Below are positions 22,841 to 34,619 of a stretch of 64,000 nt of DNA, one piece after another. The position numbers and the translations under genes were made by a program. Source of the DNA: Marsupella aquatica (taxonomy: Eukaryota > Plantae > Marchantiophyta); NCBI GenBank assembly GCA_973895155.1, contig OZ316893.1, forward strand, positions 22,293,844 through 22,357,843, in the 5' to 3' direction. Numbering within the stretch: position 1 is the first letter of the stretch; every line of letters starts with the position of its first letter. The notes beneath the pieces are model-generated. The model saw only the letters and a program-made list of their open reading frames with translations, was not told the DNA's origin and searched no databases.

Positions 22841-25800
22841 TGTGGTGCGTCCCATGGCTCCCTAAACCCAAGAAACCCCCCAGCTCAAGCCAATTCCCGC
22901 AGGTTTCGTGCTTGGCGAGGCCGTTTCCGCGGCTTAGCGGCATGGGACGCTGCTAACCTTCTACTACTACTATTAACATTTTACACACATATACTGGACA
23001 GATCCTTCATCGGGTCATGAGATACGTAGCCGGCCTAATATAGGCCTTCCCCTGTCTTCCCCTGTCTTCCCCTCCGTCTTGTTAGGTATGTTTGGATTCC
23101 GCCGCCGGAATGATCCCCAATAGGCTTGGTTAAACCGCTAAGACCTCTCTCAGCTCGACACATCCAACTCTCACTCCCCTGCTTACTTTCCTTCCTTCTG
23201 GTTGATGTGGGCACTCTTCACACAAGTTAATGCGACACACAAATAGCAAAATGACTCATTCTGACTGAGTCATACCATGCACTTGCCATACAAACAGTAC
23301 ATCTCATACACAAGTTCTGCGAACTAAGCCGTGAGGCCAACTCTATTCAGCTCTTAGGCATGAGGAAACATGAATATACACAAGGGTCACTGTATGACTA
23401 ACCGAGAGCTTCTCGTACTACTTGATCCCAGCCCGGCTGGTGCAAACTAAAAACTTGCTAAAGAAGAGGCCCTGAGCTCCCCGCTGCCCAGGTACTTATC
23501 CTGGTAGTGGATCCGCCATTCTTTGCATCGTAAGCCTAATCTACTTAACAGTAATCTACTTGCCCGAATCTACCTATGTACAGCAAGGCAGGAGCACAAG
23601 TGTTGCTCCTACCAGTGGGACCGCAATCCCACTAAGCTAAGTGTCAGGGCCGCTCCTGGTTCTGATCCTAATCCTAAACGTGGAGATCCGCGCCCGCCCT
23701 GCCCACTCACGCCTCCTCCCTCCACGTCCGCCCTCCCTAAAAGGAACGGCGCCCTTGCACCGTCACGACACCGGTGGTGGATCCTTAATGGACGCCCCCA
23801 ACGCTTCCTCCTCAGCCACTGCCGTAGGTTCATTCTCTGATAGATTACCTGCCCTTGACTGAGTCAACTCTCCATCGGCCTGACTGGGTCTACCTTCGGC
23901 TTCAGCCTCGACACCGGCCTCGGCAATACCCACGGCTTCGGCCTCAGCCACTCCCTCGGCTTCGGCCTCCCCTTCCCCTAGGGTAGTTGGATCCCTAGCC
24001 GTGACCCTGTCTGGGGTCGGTGCTGGGTCTACCTCCTTGATCACCACGGCCTGTGAAGTCGTATTACTCCTTGACCCTGAAGGTTTCCGCTTCTTCTTCG
24101 TTGGTGGCTCGGCAGCTGGTCCCTTCCCCTTCCCACTTACTTCCGGCACTGGTGCAGGTGGCGCGGCTTGTCCTTCGGCAATTACCACCCCTGGTAACTG
24201 GTTTGTCCCAACGGGAGATGGACCTGCTGCAGCTAAGCATTTAAGTACTGCGGCTTGTTTCTTCAGCCGCTCTGTTTGGTTGTCGGCCCGCCGCTGTAGG
24301 TTCTCCATCTTCCTCGTGATTTCCTCCAACTCTTGGGTTTCATCCAGGTCCTTACGTGCCCCCTCCAGCTCGTTTTTGGCCTCCTCTTGCTCCCTGTGGG
24401 CTTCCTCCAATTCCTTCTTCAAGGTAGCCCTCTCCTTCTGGGTTGCTCTTAGCTCCTTGTCGAGCTCTGCAATGATGACAGACTCCATCTGGTTCATCTT
24501 GGCGTAAGTCTGTTCGAGCATCTCGTCCTTCTCCCTTAGGTCGGCCTTGAAGCTGGCCGTCAGGGACGCAAGCTCCTACTGCAGCGCCATAATCCCTTGA
24601 TAGGATTTCCCTAACTCGACCTCCTTCTGCTCAAGGGCTCCGCGGATTTTCTCGAGCTCCCCTTTCAACGCCCATTCCTTTCTTTGGGTCTCCGCCATGG
24701 CCCGGCTGTTGGCTGTTATGTGGGCCTCCTCTGTATTCTTCAGCTCTTGCTTCCACTTCTCCCTCTCTTTGATCATGTCGGCCAACTCTTCCTGCGTCTG
24801 AGTCAGTTTATCCTTGATATTCTGATTATCAGCCTGCGCGGTGTCCAACTGCCCCTGCATGATGTTCAGCTCATGTCGTTTAATCCGCAGTTCATCTTGG
24901 GCTTTCTTGGCCGCCCTTAGATCTTCAATCTCGGCTTCCATCCTCCTAAGCCGCCGAATGACCTCGTCCTTCTTGCTTCTCTCTAAAGCCACCGCTTCTT
25001 CTAATTGGTGCTTCTCCAACTGCTCCCTATGGAAAAAGGGTCCTACCTCCAACTCCTCTCCAAAGATGCCGAGCGCAAGTTCCCCACACATCTCACCATA
25101 CTCCATGGCTCTATTCTTAGCGTAGGTGGAGTAAGTAGAAGTGATCGGCATCGCCCATCGTGGCCTCTGCTCCCAAGCCGTCCTGCGGATCTCTTCAATC
25201 GTGGCTAGAGGTTTGCTTCCTTTTTCGGCTAGCCGCCTGATGTCCTCCGGCCAATCTCCTCCTGGTAAATCCTTTTCCTTAGCCAGGGCGGCCTCCTCCT
25301 CCTGCTTGATTCGCTCCTGAAATTCCTGCACCGTCTGTTTTATGCCGTCGAAGCTCGGGGGAGCAACATCTGGTGGGGGAGACTCAGGGCTACTCTGCTG
25401 GTTGGGGTCCCCTCGCACTACCCTTGGAAGTGTGGGGACAAACCGGCCACAGGTCCTTACTCCTGGAACGTGATGGTCCGACCCATAGCCGGAATTATCA
25501 TGGCTGCAGTCCTCCACTGCCTCCTCTACCTCTTGGACGTCCGGCTTCTCCCTCTCCTCTTCGTCGGTAGGAGCTTCAGGCAATTCTGCCTCAGATTCGG
25601 AGCTTGAGGTTCCCACGTACATTCGAACACCTGGCTTGGATTCCGGCCTGATTCTCTCCTTGTCTCCAGCAAAGGGGTTTTCTCTTGTGAGCCGGTGTAG
25701 GCCTACCTCTGTAGTAGTGTCCTGCATTGTTGCCGTTGCCGTTGTTGTTGCCGATGCCGATTTCTTTTCTTTCTCCAGTAGTTTCAGCAGACTCTGCATG

Positions 25801-27474
25801 CCTGGTTGCTGCATCGGCAAGTCTTCCTTCCTGGGCCTAAACACCTGCTCGATCGTAGGACTAACAGGTGGTTGAGGCTTCTCAGCCAACGGCCTCGGCG
25901 TTGGAGCTTCCTCGGGTGCCCTTACCTGCAGGGGAAGTACCGGGGCAAAAGTCTGACCTCTGGCATACCGGCACAACAGCGGCATGTGATAGCCAAGCCG
26001 CGACACGCTCCCCATGCCGATTACCTGCTGCTCCTCCTTTAAGATCTTCTTCAATTGGTTGAGGAGGTACCCGTTGTAGTCCCGGCTTGGGTCTGGCCTT
26101 TCTGCCAGATAGACCTGTGCCTTGCCGATCTCTGCCCTCGGCAAGTTATAATGCATGGTCACCCGCAAGAAGTCGATCATCTCTCCTATGTGCGGGTTGG
26201 TGCAGGTGTTCCGGAAGAAGCCATTCTTCGTTGATGGCCCGGGGAACGACCGGAACTCCTTGTCAGGCAGGGTCTTCCTGGTATCAACTTTGGTCTTATT
26301 GCCTATCGGCAAGCCAAACACTTCGGCAATTACCTTGGGAGTAAGATAGAAATCCTTCCCATATATCCTCGTGCAATTGGTCTCGGGTTCCCATGACCCC
26401 ACGAATTCTAATAGGTCTGACTCCGGTACCTCCGGCTTCAGCCATGGTAATCTTACAAAGGCCTCTAAGCCGGATCCGGCCATGAAGCCTTGGTACTTCT
26501 TGGTCTGCATGGCCGTAAAGCATGCATCCTCCTCCCGTGCAAAATGTAGTTGCACCTCCACCGGTAGGGTTGCCGCCCAGCCCTTCCAGGTGTCATCCCT
26601 GGTTGGAATGGCCTTGATGGGATCGACCTCCTCCTCTTCGGCTTCTCCCTGCCTCCTGCTCTGCTGCTCGGCTGGCCTCTTTGGTGCCGCCGACCTCGTT
26701 CTTTTTGCGGGGGTGGCTTCATCGTTGACGGCCCCCTTCCTCTTCATCTCTGCTGCCGTGGAGGTTTCTCCTAGCACCGTTGCCTGGGTCCACCTTTCCG
26801 TGCTACCCTTTAATTCCCAGTGTATGTCGTTGCAGTTCTTGATGGCCTCTCGGATGCCGATGACGCTGTCTTTGCAAAACAGAAGATCGTCGAGTTGATT
26901 GGAAGTAGGCGTCCACAGGAACTCGTCCTTGATGAGTTTGCCTCCTAAGAAAGCCGTCTTCTGCAGCTCCCACAATCAAGCGAGCTCCTGCCGTTCTCGA
27001 GCTGCCCTTTCTGACTCCTCGTCCTCGTAAGTCTTGATGTACTCAGTTGCCCGTTCGAACAGGCATCCCCAGAAATGTGCCGCTTGATTGACGTTGCTCA
27101 TACCCTCCTTAGGTCGATCGTCGGTATCTACTCTCTCCCCGAGTGCTTGCCTAAGCAGCTGACAGTAGTTGGCCTCTCGTAGTCGTCTGCCTAGTTCGTG
27201 CTCGCAAATGAGCCACCATCTCCTGCAAGCGCTCCTTACCCCTCTCCTCTGCCGGTCCTTCTTCCCGTTGATCCTTCCTAGCCGCCGACGCTTAACGCGC
27301 CCTAACCCTAATCGGGTTTTCACCCTCAGCCTTACCTCCGGCCTCTGCCCGGGTTCCATGGTTGCCCCTAATTGTTTATATTTTCCTTGTTTTGTCCCTA
27401 TACTAAGGTGTTCCTAGGGTGCCTTCCTGCTTTACCCACTTAACCGGCCGAGTGATTCCTGTCTAGGCATCACA
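22841..27474 (-). repeat. 3' LTR (4634 bp)
   Basis: Direct repeat of 33699-38334; directly follows the PPT on the minus strand. Confidence 0.96.
23763..27359 (-). pseudogene. Accessory gene copy in the 3' LTR, with two premature stops (26976-26978 CGA>TGA; 24576-24578 CAG>TAG)
   Basis: ORFs 26976..27359, 24576..26975 and 23763..24521 are one frame matching 34620..38219. Confidence 0.92.
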
Positions 27475-30400
27475 TAGCTCCCCACTTAATTGTGAAGCGT
27501 CCTCGCGAACAACTTCATCTTCGTCCATATAGTATTTCTTGAGGCGGTCATAATGGATGCGAACTGGATATACCTCTCCCGTAATGTTGGCCAATTGTAC
27601 GAAGCCATTGGGGAACATCATGGTTACTCTAAAGGGTCCTAACCAGCGAGTGTAAAGCTTTCCTGGAAACCTACTATACCTACTGTCATAAAGTAGCACA
27701 AGATCACCGGTATGAATACTAACTACTTTTAACCTTTTATCATACTGCTGCTTCATGATATTCTGTCTATATTCTACTCTCTGGGCTGAAATCATTCTCG
27801 CTTCCTCTAAAGCTTCTAACCTATATTCTCGCTCCTTTAGGCTCTCCTCCGCTGAGGCTCTTTCCTCAATTGTAACTTGAAATGTCGGTATCTCAAGTTG
27901 CATGGGTACCAGGGCTTCTTGTCCAAAGGTTAAGAAGAAGGGTGTATGACCGGTAGTGGATTTATAGGCAAGATTGTAAGCAAAAACAGCAGCAAACAAT
28001 TTATCATCCCAATCGAGTTTGTTCTGAGCTACTGTCTTGTTCAATATCTTTCCTATGATTCCGTTTGCTCGTTCTGTCAACCCGTTTGCCTTTGGATGGT
28101 AGGGAGTAGTAGGCCTATGTTTAACTAAATACTGCTCATTTAAACGACTAATTATATCATTCAAAAAATGGGTTCCTCTATCACTAACTAATTCTAGGGG
28201 TGCTCCATACCTGGTGAAGATCTGCTCATACATGAATCTAGCCGTAGTAATTGCATCATCCTTCGTTGTTGGTCTGGCCTCTACCCATTTAGTTGCATAA
28301 TCCGTAGCCAGGATTATGTACTTGTTCCGTCGAGGGTGGGTCAGTGGTTTCAGAGGTCCAATGTAATCAATACCCCACTTCTCGAATGGTGCCAGAGGTA
28401 GAATAGGGTGCAGTGGATGCCTGGTGGACGCCCTTGGTCCTCCCGCTCGTTGACAAGGATCGCATTGTTTGATAAACTGATAGACATCTTTGTGCAAGGT
28501 GGGCCACCAGTAACCGGCATTTAATATCTTCTTAGACGTGGTTACTGGGGCAAAATGTCCTCCGGCCTCCTCTCCATGCATGGCCCGTAGGACTCGTTTT
28601 ACCTCTCTCTTTTCCAAACATCTTTGAATCGTGCCGTTGATTCCATGCTTGTGCAGTATGCCTTTAATGCACTGATACTGTCTGACCTTCCGCACAAAGA
28701 CTGCGGCTTGCTCTCGGCTTAATCCTGGCTGTAATCTGGAAGTGCTGAGAAATTGTAAAATCTCAGGGTACCATGTACCAGCTATTTCCACAACGAATAG
28801 CTCCTCGTCGGGGAATCGATCATCGATGCAATCCGTGGCAGGTTTACCTGTGATCCTTGAAAAGAAGTCGGCATTGGCATGTAACTTTCCCGGCTTGATC
28901 CTCAGCTCATAGTCAAACTCCTGTAATAGCAAAATCCATCTTGCTACTCTGCCTGTAAGGTCCGGCTTATTGACTAGGTACTTCAAACTTTCATGATCAG
29001 TATGAAAGATTACCTTGTACCCTAGTAAATAATGCCTAAACTTTTTACAAGAATAAATGACTCATAATGCTTCTCTTTCCGTGGTAGAGTAGTTCCGTTC
29101 GGCATCGGCAAGCTGACGGCTTGCGAAGTATATGGGATGGTCCCTTCCTTTCTCATCCAACTGACTTAGTACTGAGCCAATACAGAAGCCCGAGACATCT
29201 ACAAAAACATGAAAATCTTTGTTTCAGTCCGGTGTTATCATGACTGGGGCCTCTACTAACATCTGCTTCAATTCTACCACCGCTGTGACTCGTTCGGGTG
29301 TGGGTTCGAAGTCTGCTCCTGCCTTGAGCATATTGGTTAATGGTAAAGCCAGCTTGGCAAAATCCTTGATGAACCAGCAATAGTAACCAATGCATGTCAA
29401 GAAGGATCTTACATCCTTTATGTTCTTAGGTTGCATGATATCTAGCCATACTGCTAGCTTACCTTTGTCAATCTCAATGCCCTTCCTTGATACCTTGTGA
29501 CCTAGTAGCACCCCCTCGGTTACTGCAAAAAAACATTTATCTGGGTGTAACTTGAGACCCACCTCTCTACATCTCATGAAGGTTTTCCTGAGGTATTTAG
29601 CATGTTTCGATGCCTTCCCGAATACTGCAAAGTCATCAATGAAGATTTCCATGAACTTTCTCAAGTAATCATGAAAAATGTTCACCATTAATCGTTGGAA
29701 CATAGCTGGTGCGTTGCAGAGTCCAAACGACATACGATTGAAGACATAGATCCCCCATTCCGTGATGAAGGCCGTCTTGATTTGGTCTTCCTGCCGAATC
29801 CTGATTTGGTTATAACCAGAGTATCCATCCATGAATGAATATAGTTCATGACTGGCTACCATGTCTAGTACCATATCAGTAAACGGTAAAGGAAAATGGT
29901 CTTTTAATGTTGCTTCATTCAGCTTCCTGTAATCCTGACAAACCCGGATCTTGGGTTTACCATCGGGTCCAACTTTCTTGGGAACTATCACAATTGGAGA
30001 CACCCAGTCTGAATGCAGGACTGGAGTGATGAATCCAGCTTCCACTAGTTTGTCGATTTCTGTTTTGACCAGCAGGGAATACTTCGGGTTCATCCTTCGA
30101 ATTGGTTGTCGAAATGATTTGGCTCCTAACATGAGATCAATTCGATGTTCCCCTAGTGTTGGATCTACTCCCTTTAGATGTTGGTGACTCCATGCAAACA
30201 CATCCTGAAATTCAATCAATAAGTCACTGATCTCTTTCTCGAGCTCAGGTGCTAGGTTTCTCCCTAAGTTCAGTTCTCTTCCCTCTCCTAAGTCGAGCTT
30301 CCGATATTGCCGTGCTTGGATCATATTAATCTGCTTCTTCAAATTCGGGTCCAGTTCGGCTTCCAGTCTCTCTAATCTCATACCTCCATAAACTGGGATC

Positions 30401-30729
30401 TCGGCTGGACTAGCCGAGTCGGTCCCTTCCTTGGTGTCCATAGATTGTCCCCTTACCGGTCTATTCGGTTTTGAATTAGTGGTCGGCTCCCCTTCCTGCC
30501 TTGGCTCTGGATCGTGTCTGTCCATCTCATCCACTTCTTGCTCCTGAGAGTTAGGCCGCTGTGCTCTCTCGGCTTCTAATAGGGCCTCAATTTGTTCTGC
30601 CCTCGTAATCGGCTTGTATGCCGATCCCTTGGTATTTAATTCCTTGCCGATGATCGATGGCGTTGTGGACCCCGTCGGCTCTGCCACAACGCCTGCAGAA
30701 AATCCACTGTCCCTGCTACTGCTCCCCAC
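27463..30729 (-). pseudogene. pol: pol: reverse transcriptase, RNase H, integrase (stops at 29224-29226 and 29062-29064)
   Basis: RT: WVSPIVIVPKK, DYRKLN, DGYSGYNQI, FGLCNAP, FIDD. RH: FHVFVD, ERNYSTTERE, TDH. INT: H..GGH/CxxC, WGIDY, SDRG, NGLTER, WLGPF. Confidence 0.95.
27478..27487 (-). promoter_or_regulatory. Polypurine tract (AAGTGGGGAG)
   Basis: Purine-rich run 3 nt before the 3' LTR TG. Confidence 0.75.
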
Positions 30730-33629
30730 TTAGCCGTTTCATCCAATTGGTCTACATCCTTTACTTCCTCCGGAATTGCAGCTAAAAAGGTGGATTCTAT
30801 TGTAAAGCAGTCCTCGACCTCTTCGTCTTCTTCTTCCAAGTCACCTTCCATTGGTTCTTGCCATAATCTGCTGGGGGGTACCTCTGGTCCAAAGACACCT
30901 TCTTCGGTTAGGTTAGTGAGGCATTCTAACCAACGTACTTCATCGGCTGACTCCAGTCCACTATCGTACCCATCTACTTCCCTTATGCTTTTCCTACGGT
31001 CATCCTTAGTGTCCCAGGATACCGTGATAGAGGGGGTCCCGAAAGTGAACTGCTTTTTACCCCAATCTTCTATTACCTCGGCTAGGTACAGCCATGGCCT
31101 ACCAATCAATAGCCGGAATGACGTAGGATTTACCGGCTTCATTACTACATAGTTAATGCTAAAGAAGATACCTCCTATCTCTGTCTTGATGCCGGTTAAC
31201 ACTCCCGTCGGAATGACCTGATATCCATTGGCCATGTTCAACACTCTTCCAGTCATCTTCGGTGTTAGACCCCACCCTTTTGCTGTTGAATCAATCATAA
31301 TACATACCCCTGATCCTCCATCGATGGGTACCCGTAGTAATAATTCTCCTTGAATCATTAATGGTAATGTTGGGGCTCCTTGATCTTCTTCTATCATTAG
31401 TACGTCGGATCTGGTTGCTACCTTGGGTAATCTCGGCTTGCCGAGAATAGCCTTCCTTAATTGCTTCCGGAAGTACGGGCTATTTTTCAATAGTTGACCT
31501 ACTGTTGCCGAGACTCTAGATTCTAGTACATCTTTAGCCAGGTCATAGGGAACAATCGGCTTCTCTTCTGGTGGTGTTTCCGTCTTGGATTCGGCCAGTT
31601 TTGCCACGCTAGTCTCCACAGCTGTTGGGTCTTCCGAAGCAAACAATGCTTTTGCTCGTTTTACATCCTTGGCAATGGCTTCGGTATTCTCCAGGGTTTC
31701 TAATTCTCTTAGTTGTTCCTTAACACTAGCCGTAACAGAGGGGTAGAACAACTTAGGATGATCTCGATTGAAGTCGCTATCTTGTGAAGGATTGGTTTCA
31801 CTGGTGGGCTCATGGCTTACCTGTATTGCCGGAGCCCTCTCTTCTCCTTCTATTGATGTTGACGAAGAGTCGATCCTTTCCTCCGTAACCTTCCCTTTAT
31901 TTTTGGCCAGCCCATCCCACCTTTCCTTCCTTCTGGTAGATCGAGTAGAGACCCGGTAGCAATCATGATCTAAATCCTCCTCTGAGAAGGTTGATAGGGC
32001 TTCGGCCTCATCATCAGATGGTACGAACTCTGCCTCGGCATCCTCTTGCCATCCTAGTTCGATGTGGTTGATTTGAACTCCTCCGGGGGTAGTACCTGGC
32101 GGTAAGATCTTGATCGGCAAAAGCTTATGATTTGCGGCCAGGCCTGCCAACCAAGTAGGACATTGCCCTAGCATATGACCTTCCTGTCGGCATCCCATAC
32201 ATAGCTGAGCTGGTTGTCCATCACCCTGTTTGCGTGCATTCGGGCATTCTCTAGCAAAATGGCCAGGTTGACCACAATTATAGCACTCCGCAAATCTTTG
32301 CACATTCGGCCTAGGAGGTACTGACGGGTTCTGAATAATCCGAGGATACATCTCTCCTGGATTGTTCCTTAACCCTGACCACAGAGATGCAGGTCTGTTG
32401 GATAGGTCTCGTGCTCCAGTCTCACTGATGCCGAAAACACTATCAGCGGCATCTCCCAAAAAGTACTCTACTTCTCCCTGACATGGTCTGATCTCGGCCA
32501 CATGCCGAACATGATTAGTATTAAGCTTAGGACACGCATCTTTATGGTGTCCGGTTTTATAACATAAGGCACACCATACAGAGCTATCCTCCTGTACTAC
32601 CTTCTTCTTTGGTTTTACCTCTGCAATGATAGCCTTAAGTTGCTCGGTAAGGGCTACGATGTTATCTGGTGGCTTAGCCTCCATCTTGACTTTCGTCTTC
32701 CCTCTCCTTCTGCCCTTCCTTTTCCTAGTTTTTTCTTCTTCAGAACTAGAAGATGACTCACTCTTGCTACTCCCACTATCCGAGCTTGACTTATCACTTC
32801 TAGACTTCTTGGGATGTTTCTTCTTCTTATCTTTTTTCTTATGGGGTGATCCCTCCTCTGATGAGGAACTCTCAGACTTAAGCTGTTTCTTCCGGCTTGT
32901 GATATCTGCATTAATGTATAATTGAATATCCTTAATTGCATTGGCTAAAGTCTTCGGGTTCTCCTTCCTAATTGCAAAACTCATCTTCTGTGGCAAAGCA
33001 TTCACCAACCATTGAAGTTGCATACCTTCAGATGCATTGGTCTTTGTACGTTTTACCAGTTTCTGAAAGCGTTGCAAGAACTTCCTGAAGGATTTGTTCT
33101 CCTTGAACCGAAGTTGTCCCAACTTCAGCACTGCTAGTTCTGAAGTTCCAATGGGTCGAAACTCCTTAACAAAGAGTGTTTTGAAGATATCCCAGATGGC
33201 TTGATCTTCCACATCTAATGCTCTGTACCAAGGCCTAGCCTCACCCTTGAATAGGCCGGGAAGAATCTGCATCTTGATGGCCGATTCTCCATTTGCTGCA
33301 GCGGTTCCCTCGAAATCATCCAACCATTCGTCCGGATCCTCATCTCCTCTCCCATGAAATGCCTTGTAATGTATGCGCGACCGTTGGCTCAATCTGGTCC
33401 CTGGCCTCTCGTCTGGCCGTGCCTCTGGTTCCCCCATGTCGGTTGGAGACTCACTTCTCCTTACCGACTCTTCTTCTGGTATGTCTTCTTCGACGCCACT
33501 TCCAGTTTCGGAGCTACCAGCTCTTTCTGCCCCTCTCAGTCGCTGTGTATCATGCCACCCGGCGAGCTGCTGCAGTTGAGCTCTCTCCCGTTGAATCACT
33601 CTTTCTTCCCTCGGCGTAAGGTCAGTCAT
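30636..33629 (-). CDS. gag: gag (capsid-like region, three CCHC knuckles) + aspartic protease
   Basis: FHGRGDEDPDEWL; CALCYKTGHHKDAC, CYNCGQPGHFAREC, CMGCRQEGHMLGQC; protease IDGGS...LLIGRPWL. Confidence 0.93.
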   Translation of the reverse strand: MTDLTPREERVIQRERAQLQQLAGWHDTQRLRGAERAGSSETGSGVEEDIPEEESVRRSESPTDMGEPEARPDERPGTRLSQRSRIHYKAFHGRGDEDPDEWLDDFEGTAAANGESAIKMQILPGLFKGEARPWYRALDVEDQAIWDIFKTLFVKEFRPIGTSELAVLKLGQLRFKENKSFRKFLQRFQKLVKRTKTNASEGMQLQWLVNALPQKMSFAIRKENPKTLANAIKDIQLYINADITSRKKQLKSESSSSEEGSPHKKKDKKKKHPKKSRSDKSSSDSGSSKSESSSSSEEEKTRKRKGRRRGKTKVKMEAKPPDNIVALTEQLKAIIAEVKPKKKVVQEDSSVWCALCYKTGHHKDACPKLNTNHVRHVAEIRPCQGEVEYFLGDAADSVFGISETGARDLSNRPASLWSGLRNNPGEMYPRIIQNPSVPPRPNVQRFAECYNCGQPGHFARECPNARKQGDGQPAQLCMGCRQEGHMLGQCPTWLAGLAANHKLLPIKILPPGTTPGGVQINHIELGWQEDAEAEFVPSDDEAEALSTFSEEDLDHDCYRVSTRSTRRKERWDGLAKNKGKVTEERIDSSSTSIEGEERAPAIQVSHEPTSETNPSQDSDFNRDHPKLFYPSVTASVKEQLRELETLENTEAIAKDVKRAKALFASEDPTAVETSVAKLAESKTETPPEEKPIVPYDLAKDVLESRVSATVGQLLKNSPYFRKQLRKAILGKPRLPKVATRSDVLMIEEDQGAPTLPLMIQGELLLRVPIDGGSGVCIMIDSTAKGWGLTPKMTGRVLNMANGYQVIPTGVLTGIKTEIGGIFFSINYVVMKPVNPTSFRLLIGRPWLYLAEVIEDWGKKQFTFGTPSITVSWDTKDDRRKSIREVDGYDSGLESADEVRWLECLTNLTEEGVFGPEVPPSRLWQEPMEGDLEEEDEEVEDCFTIESTFLAAIPEEVKDVDQLDETAKWGAVAGTVDFLQALWQSRRGPQRHRSSARN

Positions 33630-33676
33630 TACCTACGCTTCTGTTCTAACTTCATATCTCACGGCTTAAGAAATGC

Positions 33677-33694
33677 CCCCTCCATCTAGCGCCA
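33677..33694 (-). promoter_or_regulatory. Primer-binding site (TGGCGCTAGATGGAGGGG)
   Basis: Starts with TGG (complement of tRNA CCA) 4 nt after the 5' LTR end; primer tRNA identity not determined. Confidence 0.85.
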
Positions 33695-34619
33695 AAAATG
33701 TGGTGCGTCCCATGGCTCCCTAAACCCAAGAAACCCCCCAGCTCAAGCCGATTCCCGCAGGTTTCGTGCTTGGCGAGGCCGTTTCCGCGGCTTAGCGGCA
33801 TGGGACGCTGCTAACCTTCTACTACTACTATTAACATTTTACACACATATACTGGACAGATCCTTCATCGGGTCATGAGATACGTAGCCGGCCTAATATA
33901 GGCCTTCCCCTGTCTTCCCCTGTCTTCCCCTCCGTCTTGTTAGGTATGTTTGGATTCCGCCGCCGGAATGATCCCCAATAGGCTTGGTTAAGCCGCTAAG
34001 ACCTCTCTCAGCTCGACACATCCAACTCTCACTCCCCTGCTTACTTTCCTTCCTTCTGTTGATGTGGGCACTCTTCACACAAGTTAATGCGACACACAAA
34101 TAGCAAAATGACTCATTCTGACTAAGTCATACCATGCACTTGCCATACAAACAGTACATCTCATACACAAGTTCTGCGAACTAAGTCGTGAGGCCAACTC
34201 TATTCAGCTCTTAGGCATGAGGAAACATGAATATACACAAGGGTCACTGTATGACTAACCGAGAGCTTCTCGTACTACTTGATCCCAACCCGGCTGGTGC
34301 AAACTAAAAACTTGCTAAAGAAGAGGCCCTGAGCTCCCCGCTGCCCAGGTACTTATCCTGGTAGTGGATCCGCCATTCTTTGCATCGTAAGCCTAATCTA
34401 CTTAACAGTAATCTACTTGCCCGAATCTACCTATGTACAGCAAGGCAGGAGCACAAGTGTTGCTCCTACCAGTGGGACCGCAATCCCACTAAGCTAAGTG
34501 TCAGGGCCGCTCCTGGTTCTGATCCTAATCCTAAACGTGGAGATCCGTGCCCGCCCTGCCCACTCACGCCTCCTCCCTCCACGTCCGCCCTCCCTAAAAG
34601 GAACGGCGCCCTTGCACCG

